Assembly: GCA_964019425.1 (NCBI GenBank)
Contig: OZ025787.1
Location: forward strand, 248,001-312,000
Reading direction: 5' to 3'
Length of the DNA stretch: 64,000 nt
Source: Flectonema sp. DT1601
Taxonomy: Eukaryota
The stretch's first letter is position 1. Each line of letters starts with the position of its first letter. A program made the position numbers and the translations under genes. The notes beneath the pieces were generated by a model that was given only the letters and a program-made list of their open reading frames with translations, was not told where the DNA came from and ran no database searches. Below, in pieces: positions 1-11,259 of this stretch.

Positions 1-2042
1 CTGGTGACACCAGCGAGCATGACGCCTAGACGTCCTTTTTCAGCAGCAACATTCTCCTGAAGTGAGAGGTTTTCTTTTCTTAGACCAACGTTCTCTTCTG
101 CGTATTTCTTTACCTGAACTACCATATCTTGGTATCCTGACTTTGACTTGTCTGAGATTGAGCTGATTGTTTCTATTTGTTTCTCACGCTGTTGTACTTC
201 AGCAGTACGAGCAGCAAGCTCTTGATTTTGTTCAATGACTCTCTTTTTGAGTTGGTGGCATTCGTCTCTGAATGTCTTGTTCTCTAACACCATGACGTCC
301 ATTTGAGCTTTTTGTTGGTCCATTGCATCCTCCAAGGCTGATTCGATATTACCTCCCTGTGCAGACATGGATTTTAATTGAACTTGCAGCTGTTCAACTT
401 CTTGGCGATGCATTGACTTTTCGTATTCATGTTCTTCGTTTAGCTTTTCGAATTCCGCGAGTTTGTCGGAAAGTTTGGTGCGAAGGTCTTCACTTTCTTC
501 GTTTGCCATTTTAGTTTCCGCGTCTTTTTCAATAGCTACCAATTCCCAGTCTTGTTTCATTTCGTCGTAACGGGTTAGCTCTTGGTTTTGTCCTTCAAGT
601 GAGACTTCCAAGTCTTTTACCTTTTCTTGTAAGTCTTCTTTTGCTTTGTTTTCTTGAAGAAGTCGATCATTCAGTTCTTGTAAATTATGAGCTGAAGTTG
701 CGTACATTCTTTCGTTTTCAAGTTTTGATAATTGAAGCTCAACGACTTCATTCTCTACCTTGTCAGCTTTCTTTGTGACTGCAACTACTTCCTGTCTAGC
801 AGCAAATATTTCTTTTTCCTTCTCGTCAAGAAGATTAGCTGTTGCTCGTTGTTCTTCAAGTTGCATTTCTAACCGACTCCTTAAATCTTCCAGTTCATTG
901 TTATGATTCTTCGCTATTGGTGATCTCTGTTGTGATATAACGAGTCGCTGTTTAAGTTGCTCGATCTCTTCTTCTGCTTGTTTGAAGAGCATTTCCCATT
1001 CAGCTGCTGTTCTTTGTTTGTTGACACGAGCCTTGTTTTGAATCTTTTTAGCTCTTTCAGCGAATCTCAGTACCGATAAAGTATCAGAATAATTACTACG
1101 AAGTTGAGACATAGTTACAATCATTGTGGTGATCGCATTACCACCAAGTGAGTTTTGCAGCACTCGAGTCAGCAGTGAATCTCTAAAAGAAATATATTTC
1201 TCTCCCTTACAAAGTTGAGTTATCACTATTCCAAGGTTGGTAAGAGATAAGTTGATTCTAGTGCCTTCGTAGGCTGTTTTACCTTTGGCTCCGGTTTTTC
1301 CGAGACTCTCACAACCAGCTAAATCAACAAGATTAAGTTGTGAAGTTGTAATGTTTTGCTGAATAGGATCCTTTTGAACGACATTAATTTGTATAATACT
1401 GTGACTTCTACTACTGGTGTCATTCATTGCTGTTGATGCAATGTGTCGTCTTGCTGCTCCAGAGTTGATTAACTGAAGTAGATCAGCAGGTGAGTTTAGC
1501 CTCGTTCTTATTAAACCGTTAATACGAAAGGTTTCTTTTGCACCTTCTAATCGGATACGTTCTTGTTCACCAGGTTTACTTAACAAATCAATAAGTTCTT
1601 CGTTGTATATTTCGTAGAAGGATGCTTCGACTACGAATGCTAATTCTTTTTTATTTGTAATTGTTTTTTCTAAGCGGTCGAATAGCTCGGTTACGATTCG
1701 AGGGATTAATCCACGTTCTGAAGAATTCAAACATTTAGTACTACCACCGTCTGGTGCTAACATTGTGTGAGTTTTTCCAGAACCGGTTTGTCCATACGCA
1801 AAGACGGTACCATTGTAACCTGCCATGATTTTGTCAACAGTCGGTGTTCCAATTTCTTCAAAAACGCTTTCTTGACCAGACTGAGTTCCAAACACATGAT
1901 CAAAATTAAATTTATGATGATATGGTGTACCTCCATCTTCGAGTGGAATGATGGTCTTATCATCAACACGAATACAAACATCACCTGGTCTGGGATTCAC
2001 TCTCCCCATCACCCTAATGTTGGTGTCTATAGAAGGCGCCAT
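1..2042 (-). CDS. Kinesin motor protein (N-terminal motor plus coiled-coil stalk), 3'-truncated by the window edge
   Basis: Manual translation from ATG at 2042 gives MAPSIDTNIRVMGRVNP..FNFDHVF..GYNGTVFAYGQTGSGKTHTM (P-loop), SSRSH (switch I), LVDLAGCE (switch II), INLSL, FRDSLLTRVLQNSLGGNA, then coiled coil. It is absent from the ORF track because it runs off the edge. Confidence 0.95.
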   Translation of the reverse strand, partial: MAPSIDTNIRVMGRVNPRPGDVCIRVDDKTIIPLEDGGTPYHHKFNFDHVFGTQSGQESVFEEIGTPTVDKIMAGYNGTVFAYGQTGSGKTHTMLAPDGGSTKCLNSSERGLIPRIVTELFDRLEKTITNKKELAFVVEASFYEIYNEELIDLLSKPGEQERIRLEGAKETFRINGLIRTRLNSPADLLQLINSGAARRHIASTAMNDTSSRSHSIIQINVVQKDPIQQNITTSQLNLVDLAGCESLGKTGAKGKTAYEGTRINLSLTNLGIVITQLCKGEKYISFRDSLLTRVLQNSLGGNAITTMIVTMSQLRSNYSDTLSVLRFAERAKKIQNKARVNKQRTAAEWEMLFKQAEEEIEQLKQRLVISQQRSPIAKNHNNELEDLRSRLEMQLEEQRATANLLDEKEKEIFAARQEVVAVTKKADKVENEVVELQLSKLENERMYATSAHNLQELNDRLLQENKAKEDLQEKVKDLEVSLEGQNQELTRYDEMKQDWELVAIEKDAETKMANEESEDLRTKLSDKLAEFEKLNEEHEYEKSMHRQEVEQLQVQLKSMSAQGGNIESALEDAMDQQKAQMDVMVLENKTFRDECHQLKKRVIEQNQELAARTAEVQQREKQIETISSISDKSKSGYQDMVVQVKKYAEENVGLRKENLSLQENVAAEKGRLGVMLAGVT

Positions 2043-2188
2043 TTTTTATGTTTCAACTTTCTGTTTTTGTTGTAAAGAACAAGTTTATCGTGCGTACAAT
2101 AATAAAGACTAATTACCTAAACATAACGTCACAGTGCTGTGTAAATGAATATTCTGGGACTACTGATTAATTATTGTGAGAGGTGACG

Positions 2189-4186
2189 TCATAGTAGTGA
2201 TTTGTGTTTCCAACTGCTGTTGGGATTAGCAGTGGCTGGTCTTTTTCTAGAAGTTGATCGAAGTTTTTTAGATTTACTCTTTGCAATAGGTTGTGAAACA
2301 GCTTCAACTGTCATCATCTGAATATCAGTTGATAAAGGAATACGATTTGAACAGGTGTGAGCCCATCCTTCATAAACCCAAGAGTGTAATACTTCATTAC
2401 TAATTATTATTGACCATGGAGGTGGGACTGGTTTTGGGACTGCAGTTGCAATATTCATTAACTTAAAACGAACCGAATCAACATCGTGAGTAATATGTTT
2501 TAGAATCGCTAATTTATCTTGTTTCCATCTAAGTAATGCATCCCTGAATATAGGGATTTTATGGTGATAGGCAAGACGTCGTTTTGTAAGTTCATCATTG
2601 CATCTACTGTGTCGAAAAGCAGCAGACGTGACGTATTGTTTTTGAGGGAAGTATCCAATATCTGCGGCGACTATGCGTAGGTTCGCGTCACTTAAAAGAT
2701 GTGCTTTCATTTCAACCAGAGACGATATGAGAGTGAAAGTCTTTTGATCCCAGGGATGACGATTTTCTCTCCAGATGCTGAATACACGAGATTCTTCACT
2801 GACTCTTTTTTCTTGTTCTTTCCAACCTGAAAACTTCACAAGATAATCTCGAAGTTTTTGTATTTCGCGACTTTTACATTGAGTAGCTAGTGTGCATTCA
2901 ACTCTTCTCCACTGAAGTTCGATAAGTTTGAGTCCAAAGCGTTTCCATATAAAGAAACGTCTAATAAATCTTCGTACGATTCGTATCCTTTTCATGAATG
3001 AAGAACACGCTGCACGTGCTCGCATCGGAACAGAAGAAACCAGTAGATTTAAAAATGAATTCACTTTCTCTATCGCATCTCCCTTTGTCACTTCTTCTTT
3101 GCGTTGCTCGTTGCGTTTTCGGGTGTTAATAGCTCGGTTTGTTATTCGTGCGACACCTCTGAGATTTCGAGTATGTTTTCTTTTGTTTCTAACGATCGCA
3201 AGAAGCTTTACCTGAATTACTGATGCAGCCCAGTCTTGTTTAACTTTTTCAGCGTGTTGTTCCCTACATCTTTTTATTTTTTCAGCGAAGTGTGTTTGTG
3301 TCACTCCAATAACCATTAAAACGTGTAATAGTTTGCAACGGGAAACCGCAGCTCTGCGTTTGTTGGCTACTTCTCGCTCTAACTCTTTGGTATATTGTGC
3401 TTTCATCCACTGCATGTCGTGTTCTAGTTTTCGATTTATAACTTCTTCTCCCCTTGTTGGAGAGAGTGGTGTTGTTTCTGGTGAGATCACTCTTTTGTTT
3501 TCGTTTACGAAGTTGATTTTATGTTCTTCTTCACGGAGTTTCCTCGCACAGGTAATTTCTCTTGTCAACATTTTTTGTTTTTTAGGATTTTGACGAAGGT
3601 AGTTAAGCCGAGTTTCTATCTTTCTACGAAGCGACTTCGCTGGAAGTTCCAACAGCTCTGTTATGGCTCTCGCTCCTATTGATGATGCTCGTGATGATGT
3701 GCGTCGTCTGTTGTATGTTTCATTTACTAAAGTAGTAGTTGTTGTTGTAGGAAGCTGAACCTCACTCTGAAGTGAAGGAATACATTTATGTAGTAATCTA
3801 TCTCTCACTAATTGTAAAAGGGTATCTGCTTCCGTATTAAACGCTTGTGGATCGACAAGTGATTCTATGCTGCTTCCAAATATCTCACTATTAGTTCGTA
3901 GCAATGCCTGTTCCAAACCTGAAGGTGTAAATTCATCTGTCAATCCTCTGTCCCTGCCAATAAGATATTTGTTTGCTAGTTGAACCGGTTTGCTTGGTGG
4001 TTCTCCTTTTTTTGTTTGTTGTCTTTTCATTATGTGTTTTATTTCATGGAGAGGGTTATCTCTGGCTGTTTTAACGATGCCATCGATGTTTTTTAAAGTA
4101 ATTTCAGATAACTTCAGCAAACACTCCATCCTACCCGCGCTACTACTGCATAAATGTGATCGTTCCCACGAGTTCAATGAGGCCAT
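2189..4186 (-). CDS. Hypothetical basic protein (665 aa) with coiled-coil and IQ-like segments
   Basis: Long ATG-initiated ORF; AASVIQVKLLAIVRNKR and IRIVRRFIRRF resemble degenerate IQ motifs. Confidence 0.75.
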   Translation of the reverse strand: MASLNSWERSHLCSSSAGRMECLLKLSEITLKNIDGIVKTARDNPLHEIKHIMKRQQTKKGEPPSKPVQLANKYLIGRDRGLTDEFTPSGLEQALLRTNSEIFGSSIESLVDPQAFNTEADTLLQLVRDRLLHKCIPSLQSEVQLPTTTTTTLVNETYNRRRTSSRASSIGARAITELLELPAKSLRRKIETRLNYLRQNPKKQKMLTREITCARKLREEEHKINFVNENKRVISPETTPLSPTRGEEVINRKLEHDMQWMKAQYTKELEREVANKRRAAVSRCKLLHVLMVIGVTQTHFAEKIKRCREQHAEKVKQDWAASVIQVKLLAIVRNKRKHTRNLRGVARITNRAINTRKRNEQRKEEVTKGDAIEKVNSFLNLLVSSVPMRARAACSSFMKRIRIVRRFIRRFFIWKRFGLKLIELQWRRVECTLATQCKSREIQKLRDYLVKFSGWKEQEKRVSEESRVFSIWRENRHPWDQKTFTLISSLVEMKAHLLSDANLRIVAADIGYFPQKQYVTSAAFRHSRCNDELTKRRLAYHHKIPIFRDALLRWKQDKLAILKHITHDVDSVRFKLMNIATAVPKPVPPPWSIIISNEVLHSWVYEGWAHTCSNRIPLSTDIQMMTVEAVSQPIAKSKSKKLRSTSRKRPATANPNSSWKHKSLL

Positions 4187-5119
4187 TTTAACATTTATTA
4201 GATACGCCGTCTATTTGAGAAAGATTTTTTTTTTTTTTTACGTTTACTTATCCCTCCTGCCTTATCGAACCAGATAATCGACCGTTGCATCTTAAAGAAA
4301 TTTTTACTTTAAAAACAAAAAACAAAAACAAAAATAGACATAATTATAGCACTCAGATTGGCCAGTGTGTGTTTTTTTAAATCCTTTCTTTTTTTTTTTT
4401 TTTTGACGAAGTCTTCAAAAAAAAACAGGATTTATTATTTTAAAAAAAATAATAAACAAGATATCAACAATCACGCATCATTTGTGAAGAGAGCTACTAA
4501 AAAAAAAACCATTCAAAGCCTTCTATATTTTGTTGATCACAGCCAGCATTACTAGCACAGGAATAAATAAACGGCTCATCTGAATTGTTTCTTCTCCGAT
4601 TCCATCGGTGCAAAAAAAGGGGGAAAAAAAAAGGGGGGAAAAAACGACAACAAAGATTAATCAATTCAGCGTTAGGCCCACACGATATCCAAGTTACTAA
4701 AAAGTGTTCCTTAAAAAAGGGCCAGGCTACTTCTAATACAAAATAAAATGTAAACCCCCAGAAGTATTTTTCTAAGTTAGTTTACAGGTTCGTGTTGTTG
4801 GTCTCCTTTTTTTGAATTTGATACCATTACAGAAGCGAGTTAATAAAACAATATTTAAAATAATTCATGTGTCAGTATCAGTTTCATCGGTTGAGAGAGA
4901 AATGACTAATGACGTAGTGAAACCCATACACAACACATACGTACCTTACCACACAGCCCATGCCCGACGTGTTAAGCCTTGTGTGAAAAAGAAACAAAAA
5001 AAAAAAAAACAGAAAAAACAGCAAAAACTGCTAATTGTTGCCGTACAATAAAAATACTCTTTTTTAAAAAAGAAAAAAAAATTGGCTAAATCTCAGACTA
5101 TAAATGAAAATCATAATAC

Positions 5120-6130
5120 GTGTTTATCGTCGGGTGAGGGTGTTAGGTACCACAATTGACCTGTCGAGTTCCTTTCTTTTTAGGTTAACAAAATACAGAA
5201 CTGATGACTACGAGGAGTCTAAGTAGCCCGCATCAGTAAGGACACAATCGCAAAGATTGTAGTTTTATAGCTTCGGCTGGAAGTAATCGACTCCCAGCTC
5301 CCACCTTGCCCAAAAGCTAACAAGTTGAAAACAATTAAAGAAAATAAAAGAGAAATAATTTGGGAGGGGAAGGTGAAAAAATTAAAAAATCTTTTTTATT
5401 CTATATCAGTCAAAATTATTTTTTAAGACCAAATTCTGGACAAGGAAAAAAAAATTTCAAAAAGAAATTGTAAAAATTTCGATCGAAGCGGCATTTTCAT
5501 GCGCATTGTTCGATTCATTTATCGGGAGGTTGGCATCACATACTTGTCACCTATATCGAGAAAAGAGATTTTGTAGTTTACTGAATCAGCTCAGCAGTGG
5601 ACAAGTACTAAAACTAAAAATAAATCGGGTCTACTCTGACACTGCTGGCCCAGCGGGATCCAGGGGGGAAAAAATCGAGCAAAAATATATTAGTACTACG
5701 TCAGTGAGCATGCTGTTAATATCAGACCTACTTTGAGACCATTCGCTGATATCGTGAGTGAGGCTCTGGTTTCTGCTAGGAAGATAGTTCCTGGTGCAAA
5801 TCACTTGAGGTTCCATTCCAGATTGACAGATCACACCCTCCCCGATTCCGAAAAAAAAAAGATTGAGCAAAAGAAACATATCGTGTAACCTTGCTCAGGC
5901 AGCGAAAGGATAGTATTTTTTGGTCGCAAAAAATAATTTTGACTGATATATCTTTCTTTATAATACGACCATACGTGCCAGATGCCCACATACCATGAGA
6001 GAAAAATAAAAACCCTCGGAACAGTACCGAGGTTTGTCCACCCCCAGTTGTCCAAAGCATTATAATTGTACCGTGCTTTATAAAAAATACTACAAAAATT
6101 GGGCAGCACATTAGCCATATCACTCAGCAA
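5120..6130 (-). mobile_element. Degenerate relic of the PLE-associated repeat family seen at 47.7-58.9 kb
   Basis: 5350-5410 (tgggaggggaaggtgaaaaaattaaaaaatcttttttatt) and 5950-6010 (ttctttataatacgaccatacgtgcca) match the repeat module at 48530-48660. The translation GTYGRIIKK matches STHGRIIKK. Confidence 0.7.
5183..5263 (-). mobile_element. Diverged copy of the 94-bp structured mini-element
   Basis: actgatgactacgaggagtctaagtagcccgcatcagtaaggacacaatcgcaaagattgtagt aligns to 48366-48429 with a few substitutions. Confidence 0.85.
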
Positions 6131-6651
6131 GAAATAAAAACAAAAGGATCAGGCAAGATGACAGTCAGTTTAAGGTCATAACTGCGCCGGACCTTAAGCC
6201 ATCACAATACTTGTAAAATGCAACAAAAAAAGAAGGGGGAAAAAGAAAACTTTCGTTTAGATAAAGCCTTATATTATGTTGATCGCAGACAGTATTACTG
6301 ACGGCAAAGGGAAATAGATAACATTTTGACATAATAAATAAAAGGATCTTAAATCTGAATAGTTTCCTCTTCGGTGAAACAACAATAATAAAAAAAAACA
6401 TAGGAGACGAAACTTCGTGTCAGTGAGCAAAACCGACCATTCGTTTCATAAGTATAAACGATAATCGTAACAAAGAAAGAAAATACATTAACAAATAAAA
6501 TACGAAAAAGAATGCAGCAGTTGCTGTTGTTGTTTTAAAATTCTCTTATTATCAAGTTAACGAATAAGGTCACAATAAAAAACTAAAAACAGAAGTAAGA
6601 GGATTCAGGAAATATTCATCCGAATTTATAGCTTCATCTCATGTTCTGCCA

Positions 6652-9036
6652 TCAAGACAGAACATGAATGTCAGAACTATTAATCCAGGAAGATGAGAGA
6701 ATAGAATTTGCAGTTGGTCGTTCAGAAGGGTCAGCGTGCAATAACTTCTTAAGGAATGCGAGTGTGGAATCATCGCATGTTGTTGGTAGCACCGGATTTG
6801 AATTCGCTATTTGATATAATAGTTCCCAGGTAGTCGCAAGTACTGGCCAGGGAGGTTGCCCAGTGAGCATCTCACAAATAGTGCAACCAACTGACCAAAC
6901 ATCAGCTTTCACTCCATAACCGATTTCACCAGATTGGATTACTTCAGGTGCCATCCAGCGAGGAGTACCAACAACTGTGTTCGCTGCCGCACAGAAAGTA
7001 TCGATCGTTTTAATGCAACCAAAGTCTGTTAATTTACAAACACCCTTGCTGATTAAAACATTCGCTCCTTTTATATCTCTGTGAAGTATCCGAGAGAGAT
7101 GAAGGTAGCTGAGTCCACTCACTATGTCTCTAGTGTACCGTTTAGTTACCTGCAATGACAGTTCCCTCCCACTCCTTGCGATTAACGAAGAGAGTGATCC
7201 CTCAGGAAGGTACTCCATTAGAATACAAAAGTTGTCGCTGCCGAGGTGTTCAGTTCCGAAATATTGAATCACGTTTGGGTGGTCCAGGCTCTTCACGAGT
7301 TGGAACTCTTTTTTGATATCTGCGATTGTGTCCCTTTCGGGGTTGTCAATAATTTTAACAGCAGCCGTCTCTCCATCGTTCATAAGAACTTCGTAAACAT
7401 CACCGTAGGCTCCGCGACCAATTTTCTTTGTCGTCGTCCAGTTTCGACCCTGTATCCGCATCGTCGATTCGCGGGAACCAGCCGGCGTGCTCTCCGACAG
7501 TGTTGCCGTCATTTCCGAGTAGTGTGTGTTGCCAGACATTATATTGGATTCTATTCTTCGAATTCTGTAACACCCAAACAGTGCTAATAAAGTAATAACA
7601 CAGAACACGCCTATTGATATTATAAGAATTGGTATCAATGGAGATGATGACGACTCCAACATATGAGGACTGAGAGATGGAATTACAGTAGGCGATGTAT
7701 CAGGTGAATACCCTGTTTTATTAGGAGCAAGAGTTGGTTGCAGTGTTGGCACCGCAGTTGGTTGAAATGTCGGTACTGCAGTTGGTTGAAGTGTTGGCAC
7801 TGTAGTTGGTTGAAATGTTGGCACTGCAGTTGGTTGAAATGTCGGTACTGCAGTTGGTTGACGCCTTGGCACTGCAGTTGGTTGAAATGTCGGTACTGAA
7901 GTTGGCTGAAATGTTGGCATCGCAGTTGGATGAGACGAATTAGGGAAATATTGGACCACCCCACTATCCCCACCACTAGTAGAGCCCCATGCTACAATAG
8001 CAGAATCAGTTCCTCCAACAAAACTAATCCTAGGCAAGACGTCTGAATCAGTAACTACGTACACAGTCTTCGTCTCACCAGAATAATTATTACTCTCCTT
8101 CAGGTGAAAAAACTTCGCTCCCACATCAGTTCCGTGGGACCAGGTCACAGCAACTGACTCATCGTATGAAGAAACTGAATAAGAATAAGAGCACTTTCCA
8201 ACAGTAGCGAATTCATTAAAGCTTTGTATAGTAGAGTGATTTTCACTTGAAAATAATCTTCCAGATAACATGTATGCAGCGCCATTATACCCACAGTATA
8301 TTATGAAAAATCCTTTAGGATGAGAGGTTACAGCTGCTCGACTGTAACTGTGACGAGAATCTGATGAGACTAAAGTTATAGGTTCTGTCTGTATTAAGTT
8401 ACCATCGACAGTTAGTGTATGCATTAGAATGTTGTTATTCTCAGCGAAAGCCACGAGGATCTGTTGTGTGCTTCCCTCGGTTACAAGTGCTGCTGAGGGA
8501 GATTGCATATTTTGTCTGGTTAAGAATATTGATTCACGGTGAGGCAACCCTTCTGGACTAAAGAATCGTATCTTCAGTCTAGAACCCCAATAATATGCTA
8601 GAGCTGTATTCCCTTCAGGTGTTTTAAAGCTAAACACAGCATCTGCGTGACCCCTTCGTGAGAGGAAATATTCTTGTGTGATTGGGACACCATCTTTGCT
8701 GAGTGTGATACCTCTAAAATCTCCACTGCCCATGTCCTTAGCGACCACGAACCCTTGCTCAATACCACGAGAGTAGTACGGAAAAGCGAATACGAAAACA
8801 ACTGAGGGGCCTTTAATTCTGCTTACACATCGGCTGGAAGTGTATCGTTTAATGTTTAGCGTCCCACCCTGCACGAATAACTTACAAGGGGTATTGAATC
8901 CAGAAGAGACGGCAACAATCTCACCGGTACTAAGCCCAGCAACAGCTGCAGAGTAAGTAGCTTGCAAGGAAAGAGATTCAATAGTCCATATGCCACTCGT
9001 TGCTGCAGTTAATGCAGCCACAAGGACACATTGCAT
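6652..9036 (-). CDS. Single-pass receptor-like Ser/Thr kinase: signal peptide, beta-rich ectodomain, PT-repeat stalk, transmembrane helix, STE/MAP3K-like kinase domain
   Basis: Hydrophobic N-terminus; PTAVPTFQ repeats; TM segment LIPILIISIGVFCVITLLALFG; kinase motifs GRGAYG, AVK, HRDIKGAN, DFG, GTPRWMAPE, DVWSVG. Confidence 0.93.
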   Translation of the reverse strand: MQCVLVAALTAATSGIWTIESLSLQATYSAAVAGLSTGEIVAVSSGFNTPCKLFVQGGTLNIKRYTSSRCVSRIKGPSVVFVFAFPYYSRGIEQGFVVAKDMGSGDFRGITLSKDGVPITQEYFLSRRGHADAVFSFKTPEGNTALAYYWGSRLKIRFFSPEGLPHRESIFLTRQNMQSPSAALVTEGSTQQILVAFAENNNILMHTLTVDGNLIQTEPITLVSSDSRHSYSRAAVTSHPKGFFIIYCGYNGAAYMLSGRLFSSENHSTIQSFNEFATVGKCSYSYSVSSYDESVAVTWSHGTDVGAKFFHLKESNNYSGETKTVYVVTDSDVLPRISFVGGTDSAIVAWGSTSGGDSGVVQYFPNSSHPTAMPTFQPTSVPTFQPTAVPRRQPTAVPTFQPTAVPTFQPTTVPTLQPTAVPTFQPTAVPTLQPTLAPNKTGYSPDTSPTVIPSLSPHMLESSSSPLIPILIISIGVFCVITLLALFGCYRIRRIESNIMSGNTHYSEMTATLSESTPAGSRESTMRIQGRNWTTTKKIGRGAYGDVYEVLMNDGETAAVKIIDNPERDTIADIKKEFQLVKSLDHPNVIQYFGTEHLGSDNFCILMEYLPEGSLSSLIARSGRELSLQVTKRYTRDIVSGLSYLHLSRILHRDIKGANVLISKGVCKLTDFGCIKTIDTFCAAANTVVGTPRWMAPEVIQSGEIGYGVKADVWSVGCTICEMLTGQPPWPVLATTWELLYQIANSNPVLPTTCDDSTLAFLKKLLHADPSERPTANSILSSSWINSSDIHVLS
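7733..7929 (-). repeat. 24-bp coding tandem repeat (about 8 units of PTAVPTFQ)
   Basis: Repeated gcagttggttgaaatgtcggtact-like units. Confidence 0.9.
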
Positions 9037-9540
9037 CGTTCTTTCGCCTAGCTGAGATAAGTATATTAAAAAAACAACACTATAAGACCTTCGAAGAAGT
9101 AACCATCACCTCAGCAGTGAATGGCACACAAAATCGAAAGCACCATCAAAACACTACCGACACCCTTTGTGAGCGATCGGCTGAACATCTTATCATAAAC
9201 GTGTTGTCTTTATCACTAGCAGGTAATAAGAATAACGTTGATGTAGTCAAGGCAACTGTTGACAGTGTGCTACCATATATTTAAGACCTGTACTGAAACT
9301 GATTCAACCATCAACATCACTTTAACATCATTGAGAAGTTGCGAGTCATCCTTCGTCTGAGTTCAATTAACTGAATTTATTTCAAAGTTTATCATCACAT
9401 TTCCTGTTTTAAAGTAAATAATGGGTTCCGCTACTACTAATCCTAACATCAAACATAGACAAGAAGGTAGTTAGGACAAACATCCTTTAACATGAGAGAT
9501 GGAAGTAGTCGTGTTGACTGCTAGAGTTAGATTGGATTAA

Positions 9541-10866
9541 TTATTTGTAATTTTTCGAATGGTTTGATAACCAACTTCTGATAATTGTGTCTTCCGGTGA
9601 CGATCCAAAAAAATCAGTCAGATTCTTAATAATACCGGAGACTGTAGGATCAAGGAATTCAGGAGGTAAATGAGGAACGATAAACCCAAGAGCTACTTCT
9701 GTTTCTGATATAACTTTCGTGGAATATAACTCAACGCAGATCTGAACAATGCTGTTGGCGATGATTAATCCATTTTGACCTTGTTTTGTGTACATTGTTA
9801 GAAAACTGTTTACGATATCAACAGTGATTGGGTCTTGTGGTTGTTCTGACGATTTCAAAACTAACTTTCCGATTAAGAATTCCGGTGATAGAGTACTTCC
9901 GAATAGAAGTAATCGACACAACCCATGACATGATAATCTTTGAATATCAATAACTGGTGATTCCAATGATTGAAGCAACGTACTTAGAGACCCAGTGTTG
10001 GTTGTGGTGTCTTCTTCACCGACTGACACCCCCAACTGCGGATGGATAAAAGTCAAATCCCAAAGTGATTGGGTAGCAGGTGTTGCTACTCTTGGTTCTT
10101 CAACATACATCGCTGTTACTAATAATTGTGTTAGATCTAAACAATATTTCGGTGATGCGATACAAATAGCAGTCACAACTCGAATAGCCCAAACCTTCAT
10201 CGCCTCTGCTTCATATGTTTTACAAGGAACCCATGCACACGATATTACATCAGCGACCGCACTGTTTTGAATTTTCCATTTAAGCAAATCGTCGATAGCC
10301 TCTTCATGAAATATTATTTTTAATAAAAGCCTTTCAAACACTAATAAAATTCGACAAACAAAGTGTGGGAGCATTGGTTTGTTCACTGTTGTCGTCTTTG
10401 CTACATCTTCTGTGATGCAGTTAGTGTGAGGTGACAATGACTTTTCAAGAACTAGTTGAAGTAGGTTCATAGATTCTTGCAAGGTATCACCTGAAGCAGA
10501 AATCAACAATGAAATAACACCGTGAGCAATCTCTAGAGTTGTAGGTCCCATTAGTAACCCACCGCAGATGGTTAACAGTAGTTCTCTATTTCCAGGATCT
10601 TGGATTGAATAACTTTTTACTAAACACCTCACAGCTCTCAGGGTAAGCTGCTGGACGAATCCATCACTATTCATACAACCGATGGTGTTCCAGAACCTCT
10701 TTAAGTTACTTCCCTGTAAAGCTTCTTCAACACTTCCTAAATCGTCTTCTTCAATACAAACTTCAGCTGATAGAATTTGAACATAGAATTCTACTTTTAA
10801 TTTTTCTAACTCATTCTTATCCATCATCGGCATACTCGTAGTGTAATAATCTAATCTACCGATCAA
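9541..10866 (-). CDS. HEAT-repeat protein resembling the condensin CAP-G/Cnd3 C-terminal domain; true start probably the MPMMD ATG near 10833 or an upstream exon
   Basis: Helical repeats with ATQSLWDL and IQRLSCHGLCRLLL, similar to the Cnd3 'EGLxKLLL' region as I recall it. The ORF-track start is TTG. Confidence 0.55.
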   Translation of the reverse strand: MIGRLDYYTTSMPMMDKNELEKLKVEFYVQILSAEVCIEEDDLGSVEEALQGSNLKRFWNTIGCMNSDGFVQQLTLRAVRCLVKSYSIQDPGNRELLLTICGGLLMGPTTLEIAHGVISLLISASGDTLQESMNLLQLVLEKSLSPHTNCITEDVAKTTTVNKPMLPHFVCRILLVFERLLLKIIFHEEAIDDLLKWKIQNSAVADVISCAWVPCKTYEAEAMKVWAIRVVTAICIASPKYCLDLTQLLVTAMYVEEPRVATPATQSLWDLTFIHPQLGVSVGEEDTTTNTGSLSTLLQSLESPVIDIQRLSCHGLCRLLLFGSTLSPEFLIGKLVLKSSEQPQDPITVDIVNSFLTMYTKQGQNGLIIANSIVQICVELYSTKVISETEVALGFIVPHLPPEFLDPTVSGIIKNLTDFFGSSPEDTIIRSWLSNHSKNYK

Positions 10867-11259
10867 TATGGATGCGTAATATTAGTAGTTTACATGATTG
10901 AAAAAAAAAAATTAACGATAATAAAAAATCAGTAGTGAAAACATTTCATCATTGTAGCCGAAACTCATAACAATAATAGAACAAGGTGTAAGTGAAATCA
11001 ATTGGGCAGGGGAGAAGGTTTGTTTTGTTTGTTTTTTTCGCTAATATAGTGATTAACCCTCTCTTTAGCAATAAGTTTATGTCCACTTAACGATGAGTTT
11101 ACTGTAGAGTTGTTACCGCTGACTCCAAACAGCACGTCATCATCTTCGGGTGAATACTTTCTGCTGTTCACGTCAGAGATAGTTGAGTGTTTCTTACCTC
11201 GAAAAGAACTGTTGTTTTATTTATTTTATTTTATTTTACTCGCAATCGCCGATGCCATA

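Noticed and set aside
5185..5206. Resemblance of cagttctgtatttt (minus strand) to the euglenozoan spliced-leader 3' half
   Set aside because: Short and imperfect, with no SL 5' end or following GT donor; not conserved in the 48.3-kb copy.
6400..6450. GACGAAAC..GTC hammerhead half
   Set aside because: No CTGANGA or stem II partner nearby.
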